Below the pieces are notes generated by a model. It searched no databases, was not told the origin of the DNA, and saw only the letters and a program-made list of their open reading frames with translations. Below, one piece after another: positions 59,571 through 64,000 of a DNA stretch of 64,000 nucleotides. How positions within the stretch are numbered: position 1 is the first letter of the stretch; the number at the start of each line of letters is the position of its first letter. The stretch is from NCBI GenBank assembly GCA_964514375.1, contig CAZEQH010000001.1, positions 17,303-81,302 on the forward strand, written 5' to 3'. Source of the stretch: an uncultured Candidatus Saccharibacteria bacterium (GTDB lineage: Bacteria; Patescibacteriota; Minisyncoccia; Minisyncoccales; JANBVM01). The translations under genes and the position numbers were made by a program.

Positions 59571-60158
59571 TTACTCTTCCTTTACTACCTCTATTCTTTT
59601 CTTTCCTTCCCTCATTATTTTGGGCATCCTTATCATTAATATTCCTTCCTTGAGCGTGGCCTCGATGCGTCCCGGGTCTACTTCCACGGGCAGTATTATC
59701 TGCCGGGAAAATTCTCCCCAGTAGCATTCCTGGTAAAAGAAGTCCCCCTTCTCCTGCACTGGCTTTTCCCTTTCTCCCTTAATGGTGATTAAATCCTTTT
59801 CGATGGAGATGTCCAGGTTTTCCGGTTTTACTCCGGCAATAGCAGACTGGATTACCAGTTCTGAATTGGTCTGGTAGACGTCTACTGCCAACTGGCCTTC
59901 TGCCTTGGGCCATTGGCTTTCTTCTTTTTTCTTTACCTGAATCTTTTTACCGTTGACAGCGGCTTTTCTTACTCTCTGCGGAGCAGGCTTTTCCTCAACC
60001 GCTGCCGGACTTTCCTCTTCTTTTTCGGATTCGATATCTATAGGAATTTCCCTGATTTCCTTCTTTTTTACCGCTGTTCCTCCGCCGGCTGGCGGATTCT
60101 TCTCTTCGTCCATAGCCATTCCCTTTTTAAGTTTGTTGAAAAATGATTCATCCGTCAT
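59571..60158 (-). CDS. Hsp20/alpha-crystallin small heat-shock protein with an extended N-terminal region
   Basis: Alpha-crystallin domain DVYQTNSELVIQSAIAGVKPENLDISIEKDLITIKGER...FSRQIILPVEVD...ATLKEGILMIRMPK. Confidence 0.85.
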   Translation of the reverse strand: MTDESFFNKLKKGMAMDEEKNPPAGGGTAVKKKEIREIPIDIESEKEEESPAAVEEKPAPQRVRKAAVNGKKIQVKKKEESQWPKAEGQLAVDVYQTNSELVIQSAIAGVKPENLDISIEKDLITIKGEREKPVQEKGDFFYQECYWGEFSRQIILPVEVDPGRIEATLKEGILMIRMPKIMREGKKRIEVVKEE

Positions 60159-60189
60159 GTAAAAATGAAAATTGTTAATAAATTTTTCT

Positions 60190-60945
60190 TCAGAAACCTT
60201 TTAATTCTTTTAATTTTTTAAAGCCGAAAGAAATTAGTACGGCTGCCAGAAACAACAAGGAGAAAGGAATAAATATATCTATTTGATTTTCCACTTTCAT
60301 TATAGAAAAGTTATAGAGGCCGTGCAAGATAACCGCCAGCGAGATTCCCACGAATATCAGCTTTCCGCGTCTTTTCTTGTCGAAAAAAGAGAGCCCTATG
60401 AAAAAACCAACGGTGGCGGATGATAAGGCGTGCAGAAAAGTAGCCCCCAGGAACCTCAATACCGAAATTTCCACTATCTCTCCCCACAGAGAGGTTCCAA
60501 TGATGGGAAGAAGGAGTTCTCCGGGTCGGGAATACTGACTGCCGACCGACACCAGCACTAGAAGGTTTTCGGCAGCGGCGAACCCAAGGGCGGCAATTAT
60601 CATATAAATCATGGAATCTACGGGTTCGTCATATTCGGGGTCATCCAGGACCTTCAGTTTGACTACCAGGAATTTTAGAAATTCTTCCACCAGGGCCACT
60701 CCTATAAAAAGATTGAGAAAGAAAGCAAGGTTCTCTGGCAAATTCATCGCATCTATCTGATCATAGAAAGCCATTTCAATGAAAATAGCCGGTATAGTCA
60801 ACAGCATGCCGTAGAAGAATATCTTCAGTATCATCAGTTTGGGCTCGGGTTTGACGTCGCGCCTCAGATAAAACTGCAGCCAGATGAAGCTGGGGAGAAT
60901 ACCGAAGAATATGTATAGGGAATAATTAAGTAAGTGATTATCCAT
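60190..60945 (-). CDS. PrsW-family intramembrane metalloprotease
   Basis: EEFLKF (EExxK), HALSSA and HGLYN motifs across about seven TM helices. 251 aa. Confidence 0.7.
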   Translation of the reverse strand: MDNHLLNYSLYIFFGILPSFIWLQFYLRRDVKPEPKLMILKIFFYGMLLTIPAIFIEMAFYDQIDAMNLPENLAFFLNLFIGVALVEEFLKFLVVKLKVLDDPEYDEPVDSMIYMIIAALGFAAAENLLVLVSVGSQYSRPGELLLPIIGTSLWGEIVEISVLRFLGATFLHALSSATVGFFIGLSFFDKKRRGKLIFVGISLAVILHGLYNFSIMKVENQIDIFIPFSLLFLAAVLISFGFKKLKELKGF

Positions 60946-60966
60946 GATTTATTGCGGAAAAAATTA

Positions 60967-62517
60967 CTACAGAAAGGGAGTTCTCTCCTTGGTTTTTTCC
61001 GTCACCCAGAAACCGAGATATCGGCCGAACATCAATCTCGTCTGTGCCTCCAGGGAAGGGATGCTTCCGAAGACTATTAAGGTCAGGGGCAGCACCAGCC
61101 ACTGCAGGCCCAGGGACAACTTTTTGAATTTACTCATATTTTTCGGGCTGGGCGGAAGGAGCAGGAAACTTATAGTAGAAGAAACAAACACTCCGATCAT
61201 GGAAAGGGTCATGAGATTCCTGGTTACCCTGGGAAGATTATATGAAAGAAGCGTGACGTTGAATTTTTCCCCTCCCAGTAACAGAGGCAGCCATCCTAAG
61301 AAGAAGATTAAAAGAGAAACCGTAGCCCAGGACCAGAATCCTTCCAGCATGTTCCATGCCTGATAGAATTTTTGAGAAAAAGAAATTTTCTTATTTCTGA
61401 TGAATCCGAAGAGTAAAAAAGGAATGTCAACGCATCCCCATGCCCAGCGCCTCTGCTGGCGGTATTGGTTGACGATGGTTCTGGTGAGGTTTTTAGCCAG
61501 TACAGCATCCATGGATACAGGGTAATGAAGAGGGATAACATTGTAGTCTCCGTCGTAATGCAGATAAGCTTTCCAGAATATTCTGGAATCGTCGGGTACC
61601 AGATTATTAGGATAGCCCACTTCTTCCACTACGCTGAAGGGAAGGGAATGGGAAGAATATGTAACCAGCACCTCGGGCCTTTCCTGCTGCATCATCTGCC
61701 AGAAGGTGTTGGATGTTGCTACCACGCGGGAAAAACTGGGGGCAGCCCATATGTTGTTATTATAAACCGGAATTGGCTGATAGGAAGACCGCAGAGGTTT
61801 TGCCGCCGTCAGGTGGTGAAAGGTCAGGCAGGAAAAATACTGGGGATAGGGCTTGGTATCTATATCAAAGCTGGATAAGATGATGTTTTTCTTGTTCAAG
61901 CCAAGAGGCTCAATTATTTTCTCTTTTGTCTGTTTCACTGCCCAGGCAACGTTTGAGCCTTTTCCCTTTATCTCTCCGGGGATTCTATCAGGGTGGGCTG
62001 TTATCAGAAAACGGAAAAATTTGTCGGAAAATTTTTTTTCTACCTGACGGGCGGTCTGTTGAGCCTCCTCTCCTGCCCTTTCCTCGGTGGCCAATACCAC
62101 TATCATTCTATCCTTGGGAAATTTACAATCGAGAATAGCCCGACACGAGTGCTCCACCAGCTCTGCGGGCTCCTGATACATGGGCAGGACGATGATATGA
62201 TAGATATCTCTCCAGCCGTCAGTGTCTTTAAGCTCCCCAATCCAGTCCGTGTTAATGTTTTTTTTCATCTGGCGGAAACTGGCAATCTGATGAAAAGACA
62301 GGTAAGCTATTTTCAGCAGCCAATAAAGGTCAAAAATAATAATAAAGAATGCTATTATCGCCGGCGTCATCCAGGAGAGTACAAGAGCTCCTAGGAGAGT
62401 GGCCCAAGACAAAAAACCGGGAACCATCTCCAGGCATCTGTATAGCATTCTCTCTCTCGGGTTTTTGAGGTCGTCTGCCCTAGATAGAGCAATATAGTCT
62501 TTCTTTCCGTTAGTCAT
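60967..62517 (-). CDS. Membrane-embedded processive family-2 glycosyltransferase (cellulose/chitin-synthase-like)
   Basis: N- and C-terminal TM bundles. Cytoplasmic GT2 core with SFDIDT and QQRRWAWG (QxxRW) motifs. 516 aa. Confidence 0.75.
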   Translation of the reverse strand: MTNGKKDYIALSRADDLKNPRERMLYRCLEMVPGFLSWATLLGALVLSWMTPAIIAFFIIIFDLYWLLKIAYLSFHQIASFRQMKKNINTDWIGELKDTDGWRDIYHIIVLPMYQEPAELVEHSCRAILDCKFPKDRMIVVLATEERAGEEAQQTARQVEKKFSDKFFRFLITAHPDRIPGEIKGKGSNVAWAVKQTKEKIIEPLGLNKKNIILSSFDIDTKPYPQYFSCLTFHHLTAAKPLRSSYQPIPVYNNNIWAAPSFSRVVATSNTFWQMMQQERPEVLVTYSSHSLPFSVVEEVGYPNNLVPDDSRIFWKAYLHYDGDYNVIPLHYPVSMDAVLAKNLTRTIVNQYRQQRRWAWGCVDIPFLLFGFIRNKKISFSQKFYQAWNMLEGFWSWATVSLLIFFLGWLPLLLGGEKFNVTLLSYNLPRVTRNLMTLSMIGVFVSSTISFLLLPPSPKNMSKFKKLSLGLQWLVLPLTLIVFGSIPSLEAQTRLMFGRYLGFWVTEKTKERTPFL

Positions 62518-62626
62518 CCTCTATAAAATGATTATAACATTACTTTTTCCTTTCATATATAACTCCATTATAACAGAGATGCCTAATCCGCGTTTAAATG
62601 TCAAAAATCCAATAATTAATAACTAG

Positions 62627-62650
62627 AAAACCGCCTTTCAAGCGGTTTTC
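62627..62650. terminator. Intrinsic terminator downstream of tRNA-Glu
   Basis: AAAACCGC-CTTTCAA-GCGGTTTT. Confidence 0.65.
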
Positions 62651-62655
62651 GAAAT

Positions 62656-62727
62656 TGGCCCCAAGGGGAGTCGAACCCCTGTTGACGGGTTGAAAACCCG
62701 TTGTCCTAACCATTAGACGATGGGGCC
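62656..62727 (-). tRNA. tRNA-Glu (UUC), CCA not encoded
   Basis: Acceptor GGCCCCA/TGGGGCC, anticodon stem ACGGG/CCCGT with loop TTTTCAA, T-arm AGGGG-TTCGACT-CCCCT. Confidence 0.85.
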
Positions 62728-62807
62728 CGCAGACATTTCATGGAATTAATTTTATATAAGAATAGGAAAAAAGCAAGATTTTTGGTTTTCCAGATATTCT
62801 CAAAAAA

Positions 62808-62816
62808 TGGTAAAAT
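62808..62816 (+). promoter_or_regulatory. Extended -10 element upstream of tsaD
   Basis: TGGTAAAAT 10 nt upstream of the tsaD ATG. The same nonamer occurs at 57733. Confidence 0.35.
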
Positions 62817-62825
62817 GGCAGAAAT

Positions 62826-63890
62826 ATGATTATTTTGGGACTAGAAACTTCCTGCGACGACACATGTGTGGGGCTCATTGAGGTTGATGAAAGAAAAAAG
62901 GCCAAGGTTAAGATACTGTCTAACCTTATCTCCTCTCAGGTAAAATTGCACCGCAGGTACGGAGGCGTCTATCCTCTTTTGGCTCGCAGGGAACACAGGA
63001 AAAATCTTCCCTTACTGGTTAAAAAGGCACTCATGGAAGCTGGTAATCCCAGGCCCGACCTGATAGCTGTGACACAGGGTCCTGGATTGGAGCCGTGTCT
63101 GTGGGTGGGCGTCAATTTCGCTTCAGAATTGTCGGAAAAATTCAGAGCACCCCTTTTCCCTGTTAATCATCTGGAGGCTCACATTTATTCCTCCTTTATC
63201 GAAAGAAACCTTGATTTTGAAGAGGTCTTTCCCGCCTTATGTTTGATAGTTTCCGGGGGTCACACTCAGCTTGTTCTGACAAAGGCCTTCGGCAGCTATC
63301 GGCTATTGGGAGAAACCAGGGATGATGCGGCGGGAGAATGTTTTGATAAGACTGCCAGGACATTGGGATTGTCTTATCCCGGAGGTCCTGCCGTAGAGCG
63401 GGAAGCCGCAAAGCTGAAGGCCGCCGGAAAATTAGCGGAAGAGTTCGGGCTTTCGTTTCCCAGGCCGATGAGAAATCAGAAGAATTTCGATTTCAGTTTT
63501 TCCGGCTTAAAAACCGCCGTTCTTTATGACTACCGCAGCCGCAGTAAAAGAGTACAGAAATCAAAGAAATATATCATGGCTGCCGCCGGGGAAATTCAGC
63601 AGGCCATTATAGACGTTTTAGCCCATAAGACTTTGAGGGCAGCTGAGGAATTCAGAGTAAAAAGCATTATTTTGGGAGGGGGAGTAACGGCCAACAAGGA
63701 ACTCAGGAGGCAGTTTAAAAGGCGGCAGAAAAAAGAGCTGCCTGCAGTAAAGCTGATAATGCCTGACCCGGCTTATTCCACTGATAATGCCCTGATGACG
63801 GCAGTAACGGCTTATTATCACTGGCTTGAAAAGAAAACACCCCCCAAAGGGGTATTAAAGGCGGAAGCCAATCTGAAATTGGGAAAATAA
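62826..63890 (+). CDS. tsaD: tRNA N6-adenosine threonylcarbamoyltransferase
   Basis: ILGLETSCDDT, NHLEAHI, SGGHTQL, GGVTANKELR. 354 aa. Confidence 0.93.
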   Translation: MIILGLETSCDDTCVGLIEVDERKKAKVKILSNLISSQVKLHRRYGGVYPLLARREHRKNLPLLVKKALMEAGNPRPDLIAVTQGPGLEPCLWVGVNFASELSEKFRAPLFPVNHLEAHIYSSFIERNLDFEEVFPALCLIVSGGHTQLVLTKAFGSYRLLGETRDDAAGECFDKTARTLGLSYPGGPAVEREAAKLKAAGKLAEEFGLSFPRPMRNQKNFDFSFSGLKTAVLYDYRSRSKRVQKSKKYIMAAAGEIQQAIIDVLAHKTLRAAEEFRVKSIILGGGVTANKELRRQFKRRQKKELPAVKLIMPDPAYSTDNALMTAVTAYYHWLEKKTPPKGVLKAEANLKLGK

Positions 63891-63893
63891 ATT

Positions 63894-64000
63894 TTATTCC
63901 AGATGGATTTTTTTGGTGAATTCCTTTACCGCGGACTTTAAGACGGGATAACTGTCCAGAGCAGGGCTTTCCTGCAGTATTTCCTTTGCCCAATTCCTGG
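63894..64000 (-). CDS. C-terminal end of an unidentified minus-strand gene (runs off the window end)
   Basis: Hand translation gives ...RNWAKEILQESPALDSYPVLKSAVKEFTKKIHLE followed by TAA at 63896-63894. Too short to classify. Confidence 0.3.
   Translation of the reverse strand, partial: RNWAKEILQESPALDSYPVLKSAVKEFTKKIHLE

Noticed and set aside
1-64000. CRISPR arrays, rRNA genes, transposases, integrases, reverse transcriptases, prophage blocks
   Set aside because: I found no regularly spaced direct repeats, no rRNA-like sequence and no ORF with recombinase, transposase or RT motifs. The repeats near tRNAs are irregular in spacing and orientation.

Overview
Gene-dense, AT-rich bacterial window with about 65 protein genes and 20 hand-folded tRNA genes. 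I found no rRNA, no CRISPR array and no recognisable transposase or integrase. Core genes present: rny, clpP, nusA, infB, rbfA, rplS, an S1 protein, ftsH, gyrA, tsaD, cca and an RluA-type synthase. They are interspersed with accessory blocks. The source looks like a reduced CPR/Patescibacteria-type bacterium using the standard genetic code. This is an inference from atypical core proteins, 15 of 20 tRNAs lacking encoded CCA, several archaeal-type enzymes and VirB2-like pilin families. Four things deserve a second look. (1) Lipid super-locus, 13.9-32.4 kb. One translationally coupled operon encodes BioY, FabG, a FabZ::FabK-type fusion, FabK, two PlsC, a three-subunit biotin carboxylase plus biotin ligase, and two PlsY. 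Next to it lie an archaeal-type thiolase, a DUF35-like::DUF362-like fusion, a DUF359-type protein, a DAK2::DegV fusion, a stand-alone DegV, a CarS/DUF46-like gene, a PHP phosphoesterase and a CDP-alcohol phosphatidyltransferase. No ketoacyl synthase, ACP or FabD is visible in the window. (2) A family of five secreted or membrane proteins shares a two-helix VirB2/TrbC-pilin-like module. Four are tandem at 56.2-59.2 kb, including a 513-aa protein with about 70 cysteines. The fifth lies at 35.4 kb, next to a VirD4/TraD-like ATPase. (3) Five paralogs of a roughly 200-aa protein, four of them within 5.5-10 kb. I suspect a V4R/DUF2378-like ligand-binding domain. (4) GC-rich repeat modules flank many tRNA genes. 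They include a 69-nt segment that is near-identical at two loci 50 kb apart. They also include an 84-nt element with perfect 8-nt terminal inverted repeats, bracketed by a 16-nt duplication of the tRNA-Ser 3-prime end. All functional calls rest on motifs read by eye from the translations. No database search was run.
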